DNA from: Burkholderiales bacterium
GTDB lineage: Bacteria; Pseudomonadota; Gammaproteobacteria; Burkholderiales; SG8-39
Reading direction: 5' to 3'
Assembly (NCBI GenBank): GCA_036274735.1
Contig: DASUFD010000053.1
Location: 19,587 to 83,586, forward strand
DNA length: 64,000 nt
The notes under the pieces are model-generated. The model did not search any database. It saw only the letters and a program-made list of their open reading frames with translations, and was not told the origin of the DNA. The number at the start of each line of letters is the position of its first letter. The stretch's first letter is position 1. This document shows positions 17,837-28,480 of this stretch, one piece after another. Both the position numbers and the translations under genes were made by a program.

Positions 17837-19936
17837 TTACCCCTGCTTCGCGGTTTCCTTCTCGACCGCCTTCATCGAAAGCCGCACCCGGCCCTTATCG
17901 TCGGCTTCCAGCACCTTGACCTTTACCTGCTGGCCTTCCTTCAGGTAGTCGGACACGGCGTTCACGCGCTCGTGGCTGATCTGCGAGATGTGCAGCAGGC
18001 CGTCGCGGCCGGGCAGTAGCTGCACGATCGCGCCGAAGTCGAGAAGCCGCAGCACGGTGCCTTCGTAGACCTTGCCGACCTCGACGTCGGCGGTGAGCTC
18101 CTGGATGCGCTTCTTCGCGGCCTCGCCGCCTTCTGCGGAGACGCAGGCGATGGAGATCGTGCCGTCGTCCTCGATCTCGATGGTGGTGCCGGTCTCCTCC
18201 TGGATGCCGCGGATCACCACGCCGCCCTTGCCGATGACGTCGCGGATCTTGTCCGGGTTGATCTTCATCTTGATGATGCGCGGCGCGAAGGTGGAAAGCT
18301 GCTCGCGCGAGCCCTCGATCGCCTGCTTCATGATCTGGAGAATCGACAAGCGCGCCTCGCGCGCCTGGTCGAGCGCCACCTTCATGATGCCCTTGTTGAT
18401 CGACTCGATCTTCAGGTCCATCTGCAGCGCGGTCACGCCCTTGTCGGTGCCCGCCACCTTGAAATCCATGTCGCCGAGGTGATCCTCGTCGCCGAGGATG
18501 TCGGAGAGCACCGCGAAGCGGTTGCCTTCCTTGATCAGCCCCATGGCGATGCCCGCGACATGAGCCTTGATCGGCACGCCGGCATCCATCAGCGCGAGGC
18601 TGCCGCCGCAGACCGAGGCCATCGACGACGAGCCGTTCGACTCGGTGATCTCCGAGACCACGCGGATCGAGTAGCCGAACTCTTCCTGCGTCGGCAACAG
18701 TCCCACCAGGGCGCGCTTGGCGAGCCGGCCGTGGCCGATCTCGCGGCGCTTGGAGGGGCCCATGCGTCCGGTCTCGCCCGTGGCGTAGGGCGGCATGTTG
18801 TAATGGAACATGAAGCGCTCGCGGTACTCGCCCGAGAGCGCGTCGATGATCTGCTCGTCGCGTCCGGTTCCCAGTGTCACGGTGACGAGCGCCTGGGTTT
18901 CGCCGCGCGTGAACAGCGCCGAGCCGTGCGTGCGCGGCAGCACGCCAACGCGCACGGTGATCGGCCGCACCGTGCGGGTGTCGCGGCCGTCGATGCGCGG
19001 CTCGCCGTCGAGGATCTGGCCGCGCACGATTTTCGACTCGAGGTTGAACAACGTGTCTTTCACCACGTTCACGTTCACGTCGGGGTTTTCCGCACTCAGC
19101 TTCTCGAGCACGCTCTTGCGGATCTCGCCGAGCCGCTGGTTGCGCGTCTGCTTCTGCTTGATGGCGAAGGCGTCGCGCATGTCCGCCTCGCAGAGCGCCG
19201 CGACGCGTGCGATGAGGGTCTCGTCCCTGGCCGGCGGTTGCCAGTCCCAGGCGGGCTTGCCGGCCGCTTCCGCGAGCTCGTGGATCGCCTGGATCGCCGC
19301 CTGCATCTGCTCGTGGCCGAACACCACCCCACCGAGCATCAGGTCCTCGGAAAGCTCGAGCGCCTCGGACTCGACCATCATGACGCCCTGCTCGGTGCCG
19401 GCGACGACCAGGTTGAGCCGCGATTCTTTGATCTGCGTCATCGTCGGGTTGATGACGTATTCGCCGTTCACGTAGCCGACGCGGCAGGCGCTGATCGGGC
19501 CGTTCCACGGGATACCGGACAGGGTGAGCGCCGCCGACACGGCGAGCATCGCCGGGATGTCGGAGTCGACCTCGGGATTGAGCGACATCACGGTCGCGAC
19601 GACCTGCACCTCGTTGAGGAAGCCGTCGGGGAAAAGCGGCCGAATCGGCCGGTCGATGAGGCGCGAGGTCAGCGTCTCCTTCTCGGAGGGGCGCCCTTCG
19701 CGCTTGAAGAAGCCGCCCGGAATCTTGCCCGCGGCGTAGGTTTTCTCGACGTAGTCGACGGTGAGCGGAAACCAGTCCTGGCCGGCACGCGGCTCCTTCG
19801 CGCCGACCACCGTGGCGAGCACGACCGTGTCATCCATGGTGCACACCACCGATCCGTGCGCCTGGCGCGCGATCTCGCCGGTCTCGAAGGTCACTTCATG
19901 GGAGCCGAAGGTAAAAGTCTTCTTGATGGGGTTCAA
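17837..19936 (-). CDS. pnp: polyribonucleotide nucleotidyltransferase (PNPase)
   Basis: Two RNase PH domains, KH and S1 regions. N-terminus '[25 protein letters not shown]'. Start assigned to TTG 19936 (GAGGA 7 nt upstream). The ORF-track start at 19957 lies inside the upstream terminator T-tract. Confidence 0.93.
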   Translation of the reverse strand: MNPIKKTFTFGSHEVTFETGEIARQAHGSVVCTMDDTVVLATVVGAKEPRAGQDWFPLTVDYVEKTYAAGKIPGGFFKREGRPSEKETLTSRLIDRPIRPLFPDGFLNEVQVVATVMSLNPEVDSDIPAMLAVSAALTLSGIPWNGPISACRVGYVNGEYVINPTMTQIKESRLNLVVAGTEQGVMMVESEALELSEDLMLGGVVFGHEQMQAAIQAIHELAEAAGKPAWDWQPPARDETLIARVAALCEADMRDAFAIKQKQTRNQRLGEIRKSVLEKLSAENPDVNVNVVKDTLFNLESKIVRGQILDGEPRIDGRDTRTVRPITVRVGVLPRTHGSALFTRGETQALVTVTLGTGRDEQIIDALSGEYRERFMFHYNMPPYATGETGRMGPSKRREIGHGRLAKRALVGLLPTQEEFGYSIRVVSEITESNGSSSMASVCGGSLALMDAGVPIKAHVAGIAMGLIKEGNRFAVLSDILGDEDHLGDMDFKVAGTDKGVTALQMDLKIESINKGIMKVALDQAREARLSILQIMKQAIEGSREQLSTFAPRIIKMKINPDKIRDVIGKGGVVIRGIQEETGTTIEIEDDGTISIACVSAEGGEAAKKRIQELTADVEVGKVYEGTVLRLLDFGAIVQLLPGRDGLLHISQISHERVNAVSDYLKEGQQVKVKVLEADDKGRVRLSMKAVEKETAKQG

Positions 19937-19950
19937 AGGAGGGTCCTCGA

Positions 19951-19985
19951 AAAGCAAAAAACGCTCATCGGGGTGATGAGCGTTT
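19951..19985 (-). terminator. rpsO terminator / pnp leader hairpin
   Basis: 11-bp stem AAACGCTCATC/GATGAGCGTTT (19959-19969/19975-19985) with a 5-nt loop. On the minus strand it is followed by TTTGCTTTT. Confidence 0.7.
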
Positions 19986-20021
19986 GCGGTGCGGCATCGC
20001 GGATTGGCGTGGCGCGGATGC

Positions 20022-20291
20022 TTACTTTCGCAGGCCGAGCCGCTCGATCAGCCCGCGATACTTGTCCGCGTCCTTGCCTCGCAGGTAGTCGAGCAGCTTG
20101 CGCCGCTGGCTGACCAGCTTCAGCAGACCGCGTCGGGAATGGAAGTCCTTGACGTGCGTCTTGAAGTGCTCGGTAAGACCGTTGATGCGCTCAGTCAGGA
20201 GCGCAACCTGCACTTCGGGCGACCCGGTATCCTTGCCCGAGCGCTGGTACTGCTTGACCACTTCCGCCTTCTGCGGAACCTGCAATGCCAT
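20022..20291 (-). CDS. rpsO: 30S ribosomal protein S15
   Basis: 89 aa from ATG 20291 ('[46 protein letters not shown]...'). The ORF-track GTG at 20300 is less likely. Confidence 0.95.
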   Translation of the reverse strand: MALQVPQKAEVVKQYQRSGKDTGSPEVQVALLTERINGLTEHFKTHVKDFHSRRGLLKLVSQRRKLLDYLRGKDADKYRGLIERLGLRK

Positions 20292-20323
20292 TCTGCTCAC
20301 TCGCTCTCAAATTTAAGCCGGCG

Positions 20324-20353
20324 ATTGTAACCGAAGGACTACTTCGCTCACAA
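20324..20353 (-). promoter_or_regulatory. candidate sigma70 promoter of rpsO
   Basis: Minus strand reads TTGTGA-N18-TACAAT. The -10 lies about 30 nt upstream of the rpsO ATG. Confidence 0.35.
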
Positions 20354-20356
20354 GGT

Positions 20357-21256
20357 TTAGCGATGTTTTTCAGCCGCTTGGCCGAGAGCGCGCGTGAGCC
20401 GCAGCGCTCGCACCCGGCCGCCCGCCTCGCCGCGGCCGAGGCCGATCACGCCCCCGTCGACACGGAAAAGCGCGCACAGCCCCTCGCCGATACCCGCGAC
20501 CCTGAGCTCCAGGCCATTTCTCAGCCGCGCTTCGGCCTGCGCGTCGAGCTCGGCCGCCGGCAGGCCCACGAGCAGGCGCGACAGTGGCAGGAGGCGCCGG
20601 CGCCGCTCAACGAGGGCGAGCCCCGCTAGCGCGTCGAGGCTCGCTGCCTCGGCAACGCGGAAAGCACCGGACGCCGTGCGGCGCAGCGCCGCGAGGTGCG
20701 CTCCCGTCCCCAGCGCCTCGCCAATATCCTCGGCGAGGGTCCGGACATAGGTGCCCTTGCTGCAGCGGACACGCAGCTCGACCAGCGGAGGCGCGAAGCG
20801 CAGCATCTCCAGCTCGAAGATCTCGACCCGGCGCAGGCGCCGCTCGACCTTCTCCCCGCGCCGCGCGAGCTTGTAGAGCGGCACCCCGTCGCGCTTGAGC
20901 GCCGAATGCATCGGCGGAAGCTGCTCGATCGGGCCGCGGAAGCGGCGCAGCGCCGTCTCGACATCCCCTTCGCCGACGGCAACGGGGCGGACCTCGACGA
21001 TCTCGCCTTCCGCGTCACCCGTGCTCGTCTTCTCGCCGAGCTTCAGCGTCGCCAGGTATTCCTTGTCGGCCTCGAGCAGAGGCCCGGCGAACTTGGTCGC
21101 CTCGCCGAAAAGCACGATGAGCAGTCCGCTCGCCAGCGGATCGAGCGTGCCGGCATGACCGGCCTTGGCGGCGCCGAAGAGCCGCTTCGCCTCCTGCAGC
21201 GCGGCGTTCGAGCTCGCTCCGACCCCCTTGTCGAGGAGCAGCGCCCCGTCGATCAC
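20357..21256 (-). CDS. truB: tRNA pseudouridine(55) synthase
   Basis: 'LLLDKGVGASSN' and catalytic-Asp motif 'GHAGTLDPLASGLL'. 4-nt overlap with the rbfA stop. Confidence 0.9.
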   Translation of the reverse strand: MIDGALLLDKGVGASSNAALQEAKRLFGAAKAGHAGTLDPLASGLLIVLFGEATKFAGPLLEADKEYLATLKLGEKTSTGDAEGEIVEVRPVAVGEGDVETALRRFRGPIEQLPPMHSALKRDGVPLYKLARRGEKVERRLRRVEIFELEMLRFAPPLVELRVRCSKGTYVRTLAEDIGEALGTGAHLAALRRTASGAFRVAEAASLDALAGLALVERRRRLLPLSRLLVGLPAAELDAQAEARLRNGLELRVAGIGEGLCALFRVDGGVIGLGRGEAGGRVRALRLTRALGQAAEKHR

Positions 21257-21606
21257 TTGCTCTCGCGGGTCGAGTCGATGAGGCGGGACAGCCGGTCGCC
21301 CCGCTCCACCGACTCGTCGTAGACGAAACGCAGCTCCGGCGTGGTGTAGAGCTTGATGCGCCGCGCGAGCTGCGAGCGCAGGAAGCCGGCGGCGCGCCGC
21401 AGGCCTTCGCCCGCCTCTTCGACGTGCTGCTCGCTGAGCGTGGTGAAGAACACCTTGGCGTGCGACAGGTCCGGTGAGACATCCACGCCCGTGATCGTCA
21501 CCATGCCGACGCGCGGGTCGCGCAACTCGCGGCGCAGCAGGTCCGACAGCTCGCGCTGGATCAGGTCGCCCAGCTTTTCCGGGCGCCCCGACCTTCTCTG
21601 TTTCAC
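21253..21606 (-). CDS. rbfA: ribosome-binding factor A
   Basis: 117 aa from GTG 21606 (GTGA overlap with the infB stop). '[43 protein letters not shown]'. The longer ORF-track N-terminus overlaps infB and was discarded. Confidence 0.85.
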   Translation of the reverse strand: MKQRRSGRPEKLGDLIQRELSDLLRRELRDPRVGMVTITGVDVSPDLSHAKVFFTTLSEQHVEEAGEGLRRAAGFLRSQLARRIKLYTTPELRFVYDESVERGDRLSRLIDSTRESK

Positions 21607-24176
21607 AACGTTCTCGCCACCTCGACGGTCTCGAAGACCTCGAACTGGTCCTTCTCCTTCAGCTCCGTGAAGTTCTTGAGCGAGATGCCGCACTCGAACC
21701 CGGCCTTGACCTCGCGCACGTCGTCCTTGAAGCGCTTGAGCGAATCGATCTCGCCGGTGTGGATCACGACATTGTCCCGCAGCACGCGGACCTGGGCGCC
21801 GCGCTTGACGCTACCGTCGAGCACGTAGCAGCCTGCGACCGTGCCGACCTTGGAGATGCGGAATACCTGTCGCACCTCGACGAGGCCGATGACCGACTCC
21901 TTGCGCTCGGGCGCCAGCATCCCGGAGAGCGCGGCCTTGATCTCGTCGACCGCCTCATAAATGATGTTGTAGTAGCGGATCTGGATGCCCGCCGACTCGG
22001 CGAGCTTGCGCGCAGCGCCGTCGGCGCGGGTGTTGAAGCCGATGATCACGGCGCGCGATGCCATCGCCAGGTTCACGTCCGACTCGGTGATGCCGCCGAC
22101 GCCGGCGTGCACGACCATGACCTTCACCTCGTCGCTGCCCAAGCGCGTCAGCGCGTGGATCAGCGCCTCCTGCGAGCCCTGCACGTCCGCCTTGATCACG
22201 AGGTTGAGGACCTTCTTGCCGCCCTCGCCCATCTGCTCGAACATGTTCTCGAGCTTGGCCGCCTGCTGCTTGGCGAGCTTCACGTCGCGGAACTTGCCTT
22301 GGCGGAACAGCGCGATTTCGCGTGCCTTGCGCTCATCGGCGAGCACCATCATGTCCTCGCCCGCGTTCGGCACTTCGGAGAGTCCCTGCACCTCGACCGG
22401 GATGGAGGGCCCCGCTTCCTGAATGGCGCGCCCGTTCTCGTCGAGCATCGCCCGCACTCGGCCGTAGACCGCCCCGGTGAGGACGATGTCGCCGCGCTTC
22501 AGCGTCCCGGACTGCACGAGCAGCGTCGCGACCGGTCCCCGGCCCTTGTCGAGCCGCGCCTCGATGACCACCCCCTTGGCCGGAGCGTCCACCGACGCCT
22601 TGAGCTCGAGAATCTCCGCCTGCAGCAGCAGTTGCTCGAGCAGGTCGTCGACGCCCTGGCCGGTCTTCGCCGATACCGCAACCACCGGCGAATCCCCGCC
22701 GTACTCCTCGGGCACGACGCCGTGCGAGAGCAGGTCCTGCTTCACCTTCTCCGGGTTCGCCTCGTGCTTGTCGATCTTGTTCATCGCCACGACCAGTGGC
22801 ACGTCGGCCGCCTTGGCATGGTTGATCGCTTCGACCGTCTGCGGCATCACGCCGTCGTCGGCGGCAACGACCAGAACGACGATGTCGGTCACCTTCGCGC
22901 CGCGCGCGCGCATGGCGGTGAACGCCTCGTGGCCCGGGGTATCGAGGAAGGTAATCACGCCGCGCGGCGTTTCTACGTGATAGGCGCCGATGTGCTGAGT
23001 AATGCCGCCCGCCTCGCCGGCCGCGACTTTGGTGCGGCGGATATAGTCGAGGAGGGAAGTCTTGCCGTGGTCGACGTGGCCCATCACGGTCACGACTGGG
23101 GGACGCGCCTCGAGCTCGCCCGCGGCCGGCTCGGCCGTCTCGGCCAGGTAGGCCTCCGGATCGTCGAGCTTGGCGGCCTTCGCCTTGTGGCCCATCTCCT
23201 CGACCACGATCATCGCGGTTTCCTGGTCGAGCGCCTGATTAATGGTCGCCATGGTTCCGAGCTTCATCAGCACCTTGATGACTTCCACTGCCTTGACCGA
23301 CATGCGGTGCGCCAGTTCGCCCACGGTGATGGTCTCGGGCACGGCGACCTCGCGAACGAGCGGCTCGGAGGGCGGAGCGAAGGCGGTCTCCGCCCCCGAC
23401 ATGCCGCCGCGGTGGCGGTTGGCGCCCCGCGCATGCCAGCCCGCGACGCCGCCGCCGGCGTCGCCGCGCGTCTTGATCGTGCGACGGCGCGCCGAATCGT
23501 CGCGCAGAACCGTGGTCGGCCTCGCCTTCTTCGGCTTCTTGTCGGTCTTCGCGTCGGTCGGCCGGGGCGCATGCAGCGTGGTTCCCGGCGCCGATGCGAC
23601 GGCCGTCGCCCCCTGCGGCTGGGCCGCCTTCTGCTGCTCGGCGGCCTTCTGCTCGGCCTCGCGGCGTTCCCGCTCCTGCTGCCTTTCGCGCTGCTCCTCC
23701 TCGTGCTTCTCGCGCAGCTCCGCCGCCTGAATCTCGGCGAGCTGCTGCTCGCGCCGCGCTTCTTCTTCCCTCAGCTCGAGCTCGCGCGCATCGATCGGCG
23801 CCGCGGCCGGCGCGGCAACCGGGGCGGGGGGCGGCGGCGGCGCCTCCGCGGCAACGGCGGCAGCCGCAATTTCCGCCGGATCGCGCTTCACGAAGACTCG
23901 CTTCTTGCGTACCTCGACCTGCACGGTGCGGTACTTGCCGGTGGCGTCGGTCTTGCGGATCTCGCTCGTCTGCTTGCGCGTCAACGTGATCTTGTTCTTC
24001 GCCTCCGCCGAACCATGCGTGCGGCGCAGGTAGTCGAGCAGCCGCGACTTGTCCTGCTCGGTGAGCGAGTCCTCGGGCGCGCGCTTCTCGACGCCCGCGG
24101 CGCGGAGCTGCTCGATCAGCACCGAGGGCGGGACCTTAAGTTCGCTCGCGAATTGGGCTACGCTCGTTTGCGCCAC
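21603..24176 (-). CDS. infB: translation initiation factor IF-2
   Basis: ORF 857 aa. Low-complexity Ala/Pro/Glu N-terminal region. GTPase motifs '[12 protein letters not shown]', 'DTPGHEAF', 'NKID'. Confidence 0.95.
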   Translation of the reverse strand: MAQTSVAQFASELKVPPSVLIEQLRAAGVEKRAPEDSLTEQDKSRLLDYLRRTHGSAEAKNKITLTRKQTSEIRKTDATGKYRTVQVEVRKKRVFVKRDPAEIAAAAVAAEAPPPPPAPVAAPAAAPIDARELELREEEARREQQLAEIQAAELREKHEEEQRERQQERERREAEQKAAEQQKAAQPQGATAVASAPGTTLHAPRPTDAKTDKKPKKARPTTVLRDDSARRRTIKTRGDAGGGVAGWHARGANRHRGGMSGAETAFAPPSEPLVREVAVPETITVGELAHRMSVKAVEVIKVLMKLGTMATINQALDQETAMIVVEEMGHKAKAAKLDDPEAYLAETAEPAAGELEARPPVVTVMGHVDHGKTSLLDYIRRTKVAAGEAGGITQHIGAYHVETPRGVITFLDTPGHEAFTAMRARGAKVTDIVVLVVAADDGVMPQTVEAINHAKAADVPLVVAMNKIDKHEANPEKVKQDLLSHGVVPEEYGGDSPVVAVSAKTGQGVDDLLEQLLLQAEILELKASVDAPAKGVVIEARLDKGRGPVATLLVQSGTLKRGDIVLTGAVYGRVRAMLDENGRAIQEAGPSIPVEVQGLSEVPNAGEDMMVLADERKAREIALFRQGKFRDVKLAKQQAAKLENMFEQMGEGGKKVLNLVIKADVQGSQEALIHALTRLGSDEVKVMVVHAGVGGITESDVNLAMASRAVIIGFNTRADGAARKLAESAGIQIRYYNIIYEAVDEIKAALSGMLAPERKESVIGLVEVRQVFRISKVGTVAGCYVLDGSVKRGAQVRVLRDNVVIHTGEIDSLKRFKDDVREVKAGFECGISLKNFTELKEKDQFEVFETVEVARTL

Positions 24177-25699
24177 TAGGCAGCCTCCTTGCTCTTGCTC
24201 TCGCCCTGCTTGTCACCTTCGAACCAGTGCGCCCGGGCGGCCATGATCAGTTTCTTCGCCTTCTCCTCGTCGAGCTGGGTGATCTCGGCGAGCTCATCGA
24301 CCGCGAGGTCGGCGAGGTCATCGCGCGTCTTGACGCCGGATTCCACCAGCTTGCCGGCCAGCGCGCCGTCCATGCCCTCCAGCTTGAGCATCTCCGGATC
24401 CACGCCTTCCATCTTTTCCTCGTTGGCGATCGCCGCGACCAGCAGCGCATTGCGAGCGCGGTTACGCAGCTCGTTCACGGTGTCGGCGTCGAGCGACTGG
24501 ATCTCGAGCAGCTCGTTGATCGGTACGTAGGCGATCTCTTCCAGCGTCGAGAACCCCTCCTCGATCAGGATGTTGGCGATCTCCTCGTCGACGTCGAGCT
24601 TCTCCATGAAATGCTGCTTGATACGGCCGCTCTCTTCCTGCTGCTTGCGGTTCGACTCCTCCTCCGTCATCAGGTTGATCTGCCAGCCGGTGAGCTCGGA
24701 GGCGAGCCGCACGTTCTGCCCGCTGCGGCCGATCGCGACGGCGAGATTCTCCTCGTCGACGACGACGTCCATCGCGTGCTTTTCTTCATCCACGACGATG
24801 GAAGAGACTTCGGCAGGCGCGAGAGCGCCGATCACGAACTGCGCCGGGTCGGCCGACCACAGGACGATGTCGACCCGCTCGCCGGCGAGCTCCTGCGTGA
24901 CCGCCTGCACCCGCGAGCCGCGCATGCCGACGCAGGTGCCGATCGGATCGATGCGCTTGTCGTTGGTGTGCACGGCGATCTTGGCGCGAATGCCGGGATC
25001 GCGCGCCGCCGACTTGATCTCGAGCAGCCCCTCCTCGATCTCCGGTACCTCGAGCTCGAACAGCTTCATGATGAACTGCGGTGCGGTGCGCGAGAGGATG
25101 AGCTGCGGGCCACGCGCCTGGCGGTCGATCTTCATTACCCAGGCGCGCACGCGGTCGCCTACGCGCAGGTTCTCCTTCGGAATCATGTGCTCGCGCGGCA
25201 GCAGGGCCTCGAGCCGCCCGGACTCGATGATGGCATTGCCCCGCTCCATGCGCTTCACCGTGCCGGTGACGAGCTCGTCGCCCCGCGACAGGAAGTCGTT
25301 CAGGATCTGCTCGCGCTCGGCGTCGCGGATGCGCTGCAGGATCACCTGCTTCGCCGTCTGCGCGCCGATGCGGCCGAACTCGACGTTCGGGATCGGCTCC
25401 TCTATGACGTCGTCCACCTTGGCGTCGGCCTTGCCCCGGTCCTGCGCCTCCTCGACCGAGAGCATCTGCGCGGTGTTCCAGTCCGGTGCGTCGTCCGGGA
25501 AGACCTTCCAGCGGCGGAAGGTCTCGTAGGCGCCGGTATTGCGGTCGACGTGCACGCGCACGTCGATGTCCTCGGCGTACTTCTTCTTGGTCGCCGAGGC
25601 GAGCGCCATCTCCAGCGCGCCAAAGACGATGTCGCGCGGCACGTTCTTTTCGCGCGCGAGTACGTCCACCAGCATTACCAGTTCACGGTTTCCAGCCAC
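24176..25699 (-). CDS. nusA: transcription termination/antitermination factor NusA
   Basis: ORF 507 aa. N-terminal '[24 protein letters not shown]', S1 and KH domains, C-terminal acidic repeats. GTG start with GAGGG upstream. Confidence 0.95.
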   Translation of the reverse strand: MAGNRELVMLVDVLAREKNVPRDIVFGALEMALASATKKKYAEDIDVRVHVDRNTGAYETFRRWKVFPDDAPDWNTAQMLSVEEAQDRGKADAKVDDVIEEPIPNVEFGRIGAQTAKQVILQRIRDAEREQILNDFLSRGDELVTGTVKRMERGNAIIESGRLEALLPREHMIPKENLRVGDRVRAWVMKIDRQARGPQLILSRTAPQFIMKLFELEVPEIEEGLLEIKSAARDPGIRAKIAVHTNDKRIDPIGTCVGMRGSRVQAVTQELAGERVDIVLWSADPAQFVIGALAPAEVSSIVVDEEKHAMDVVVDEENLAVAIGRSGQNVRLASELTGWQINLMTEEESNRKQQEESGRIKQHFMEKLDVDEEIANILIEEGFSTLEEIAYVPINELLEIQSLDADTVNELRNRARNALLVAAIANEEKMEGVDPEMLKLEGMDGALAGKLVESGVKTRDDLADLAVDELAEITQLDEEKAKKLIMAARAHWFEGDKQGESKSKEAA

Positions 25700-25708
25700 T
25701 TTGATCCC

Positions 25709-26140
25709 TCACAGTTCCGGCACCAGCCGCGCTCGCTCGAGGTCGTCGAGGGCGAGCCGCACCGTTTTTCCGTCCACTTCGACATCCACTGCGCCGCCTT
25801 GCACGCCGCGCAGCACCCCTACGAACCTGCGTCGGCCGCTCGCATCCGCCGTTCTCATGCGCACATCGGCCTTGTGGCCGACGAAGCGTGCGAAATCGTC
25901 GCTCCTGCGTAACGGCCGGTCGAGCCCCGGCGAGGAGACCTCCAGCCGCTCGTAGTCGATTCCTTCGACCTCCAGCACCCGGCTCAGCTGCCGGCTGACC
26001 GCCGCGCAGTCCTCGACTCCGATGCCGCCCGCCTTGTCGATGAAAAGGCGCAACATCCGGCCCCCGTTCGCCGCTTGCAGGTCGACGAGTTCGTACCCCA
26101 TGCCGGACACGACCGGCGAAATCACGTTTTCCAAGTTCAA
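25709..26140 (-). CDS. rimP: ribosome maturation factor RimP
   Basis: ORF 143 aa. 'LENVISPVVSGMGYELVDL', 'LRLFIDK', 'LEVSSPGLDRPL'. TTG start (26140 or 26134). No SD sequence. Confidence 0.85.
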   Translation of the reverse strand: MNLENVISPVVSGMGYELVDLQAANGGRMLRLFIDKAGGIGVEDCAAVSRQLSRVLEVEGIDYERLEVSSPGLDRPLRRSDDFARFVGHKADVRMRTADASGRRRFVGVLRGVQGGAVDVEVDGKTVRLALDDLERARLVPEL

Positions 26141-26142
26141 AT

Positions 26143-26163
26143 AAAAAATGGGCCGAAGCCCAT
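26143..26163 (-). terminator. rho-independent terminator/attenuator between rluB and rimP
   Basis: Minus strand reads ATGGGC-TTCG-GCCCAT followed by TTTTT. The T-tract ends 2 nt before the rimP TTG. Confidence 0.6.
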
Positions 26164-26227
26164 CTCTCGCGCTGCCAACGGCGAAACCGCCAGCCGTTCT
26201 TGTCTCACAGCCATCACAAGCTCGCCT

Positions 26228-26268
26228 TCAGGCCACGAAAAGCCTTTTTCAGGCCACGAAAAGCTTTT
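26228..26268 (-). repeat. 21-nt tandem duplication of the rluB 3' end including its stop codon
   Basis: + strand 'tcaggccacgaaaagc' occurs at 26228-26243 and 26249-26264. The minus strand reads ...KLFVA* then KRLFVA*. Confidence 0.8.
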
Positions 26269-27118
26269 GAAGTTTAACAGGATTTACCAGCTCGCGCCAC
26301 TGCCCAGGGGCGAGATCCGCGGGGAGCTCGACGGGCCCGTAGCGCACTCGCCGCAGGCGGCTCACGCGCGCACCCACCGCGGCGAAGAGCCGACGCACCT
26401 CGCGATTGCGTCCTTCGCGCAGCGTCACCCGATACCAGCGGTTCGCCCCGGCCGCTTGCCGCTCCAGGGGCTGTATCTCATCGAACGCTGCTCGACCATC
26501 TTCGAGATTGATGCCGCCCCGCAGTTTTTCAACGTCGACCGGGCCTTGCACCCGAGCGAGGTACTCACGCCGCACGCCGTAGCGCGGATGCATCAGGCGG
26601 TTGGCTAGCTCCCCGGAGTCGGTGAAAAGCAGCAGGCCGGAGCTGTTGATGTCGAGGCGCCCCACGGCGATCCAATGCCCCGGCGGCAGGCGCGAGAAGA
26701 CGATGGCTCGGCCCTGGGGATCGCGCCGCGTGACGAGCTCCCCGGGCGGCTTGTGATAGAGAAGCACGCGCGGCGGCGCGGGGCGGCGCAACTGCAGCGG
26801 CGCACCGTCGAGAAGGATGCGATCGTCGAGACCGACACGCGTGCCGAGCGCGGCCGGCGCGCCGTTGACCGTCAGCCGCCCGGCGGTGATCCAGCGTTCG
26901 ATCTCGCGCCGCGAGCCGAGGCCCGCCGCCGCCAGCAGCTTCTGCAGCCTTTGCGGCTCAGCCTTCGGTGCCGGTCGCTGGGGGCCGCTCGTGATCGGCG
27001 GGTGGCTCGTGGTCGGCGGCCGCGATTTCTGGCGCAGGCTCGGCCGGGGCGTCGGTGTTGGCGGGCCGGACGGCCGCCTCGGCGGCCGGGACGGGCTCAA
27101 ACTGGAGCGTCTTCGCAA
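26249..27118 (-). CDS. rluB: 23S rRNA pseudouridine synthase RluB-like
   Basis: S4 domain '[21 protein letters not shown]'. Catalytic motif '[15 protein letters not shown]'. The start is uncertain: TTG 27118 gives a Pro/Ser/Arg-rich N-terminus overlapping scpB by 161 nt. Confidence 0.75.
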   Translation of the reverse strand: MRRRSSLSPSRPPRRPSGPPTPTPRPSLRQKSRPPTTSHPPITSGPQRPAPKAEPQRLQKLLAAAGLGSRREIERWITAGRLTVNGAPAALGTRVGLDDRILLDGAPLQLRRPAPPRVLLYHKPPGELVTRRDPQGRAIVFSRLPPGHWIAVGRLDINSSGLLLFTDSGELANRLMHPRYGVRREYLARVQGPVDVEKLRGGINLEDGRAAFDEIQPLERQAAGANRWYRVTLREGRNREVRRLFAAVGARVSRLRRVRYGPVELPADLAPGQWRELVNPVKLQKLFVA

Positions 27119-27629
27119 TTTCCTCGAGCGGCGGCAGCTCCTCTAGCGAGCGCATGCCCAAATCGTCGAGGAATTTGCGGGTCGTTGCGTAGAGGGCCGG
27201 TCGCCCCGGAGTCTCGCGATGGCCGACGACATCGATCCAGCCGCGGTTCTCGAGGCTCTGCATGATCTGGCCCGAGACCGTCACGCCGCGGATCTCCTCG
27301 ATGTCGCCGCGCGTCACCGGCTGACGGTAGGCGATGATCGCGAGCGTCTCGAGCACCGCGCGCGAGTAGCGCGGCGGCTTCTCGGGCGAGAGCCGCTCCA
27401 GATAGGGGTGGAAGTCGGGACGAGTCTGGAAGCGCCAGCCGCTCGCTACGTTTACCAGCTCCACGGCGCGGCCCTTCCACTCCTGCGCAAGCTCGATAAG
27501 CAGGTTGCGCACGGTGTCCGGGCTTACCTCGTCCTCGAAGAGACGCTTGAGCTGCGGAACGCCCACCGGCTCGGGTGATGCGAGGAGCGCCGCTTCGAGG
27601 ATGCGCTTGGCTTCCGAGGGATTGTGCAT
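26958..27629 (-). CDS. scpB: SMC-Scp complex subunit ScpB
   Basis: ORF 223 aa. '[13 protein letters not shown]', '[11 protein letters not shown]', '[29 protein letters not shown]'. Confidence 0.85.
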   Translation of the reverse strand: MHNPSEAKRILEAALLASPEPVGVPQLKRLFEDEVSPDTVRNLLIELAQEWKGRAVELVNVASGWRFQTRPDFHPYLERLSPEKPPRYSRAVLETLAIIAYRQPVTRGDIEEIRGVTVSGQIMQSLENRGWIDVVGHRETPGRPALYATTRKFLDDLGMRSLEELPPLEEIAKTLQFEPVPAAEAAVRPANTDAPAEPAPEIAAADHEPPADHERPPATGTEG

Positions 27630-27658
27630 GGCCGAGTTCCGCGTTCCTTGCGGGCGTC

Positions 27659-28480
27659 TTAGTTGTTGGCGGCTTCTGACGTGACGCCTAATTTAACGTA
27701 AATCGGGGCAAAACACTCGGATTGCGTGATCTCGATCAGCAGCTCGCGCGCGAGCTCGAGCAGGGCCAGGAAGGTCACTACGAGCACGGCAACCCCGCGC
27801 CCGGGATCGAACAGCTCGGCGAACTCCATGACCCGCCGCTCGCGAAGGGTGCGCAGGATGCCGCTCATGTGCTCGCGCACCGAAAGCTCTTCGCGGGAGA
27901 TGTGGTGATGGCGCGACATGCGCGCCCGGTTGAGCAGCCCTCGCCAAGCCTCGGCCAGGTCCTGCGGATCGACGTCCGGCAGTCGCTCGGTGACCGTCTT
28001 CTCGATCCAGACGGAGATCGCGACCACGTCACGGCCGACCTGCGGCCGTTCGTCCAGCGCGTGCGCCGCCTTCTTGATCTGCTCGTACTCGAGCAGGCGG
28101 CGCACCAGCTCGGCGCGCGGGTCTTCCTCCACCGGCGCCGCCGCCGGCGGGCGCGGCAGCAGCAGCCGCGACTTGATCTCCATGAGCATCGCCGCCATCA
28201 CCAGATACTCCGCGGCGAGCTCGAGATTCTTCGCCCGCATGATTTCGACATATTCCAGGTACTGGCGCGTGAGGGGCGCCATCGGGATATCGAGGATGTC
28301 GAGGTTCTGGCGCCGGATCAGGTACAGCAGCAGATCGAGCGGGCCTTCGAACGCTTCAAGCACCACCTCGAGGGCATCCGGCGGGATGTACAGGTCGGTC
28401 GGCAGCTCGATGACCGGCTCGCCGTAGATCTTCGCCACCGGCGCCGTGGCCGCGCTGCTTTGGTCGATATCGATGCTCAT
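27659..28480 (-). CDS. scpA: segregation and condensation protein A
   Basis: 273 aa from ATG 28480 (ATGA overlap with the trpS stop). '[34 protein letters not shown]'. Confidence 0.85.
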   Translation of the reverse strand: MSIDIDQSSAATAPVAKIYGEPVIELPTDLYIPPDALEVVLEAFEGPLDLLLYLIRRQNLDILDIPMAPLTRQYLEYVEIMRAKNLELAAEYLVMAAMLMEIKSRLLLPRPPAAAPVEEDPRAELVRRLLEYEQIKKAAHALDERPQVGRDVVAISVWIEKTVTERLPDVDPQDLAEAWRGLLNRARMSRHHHISREELSVREHMSGILRTLRERRVMEFAELFDPGRGVAVLVVTFLALLELARELLIEITQSECFAPIYVKLGVTSEAANN

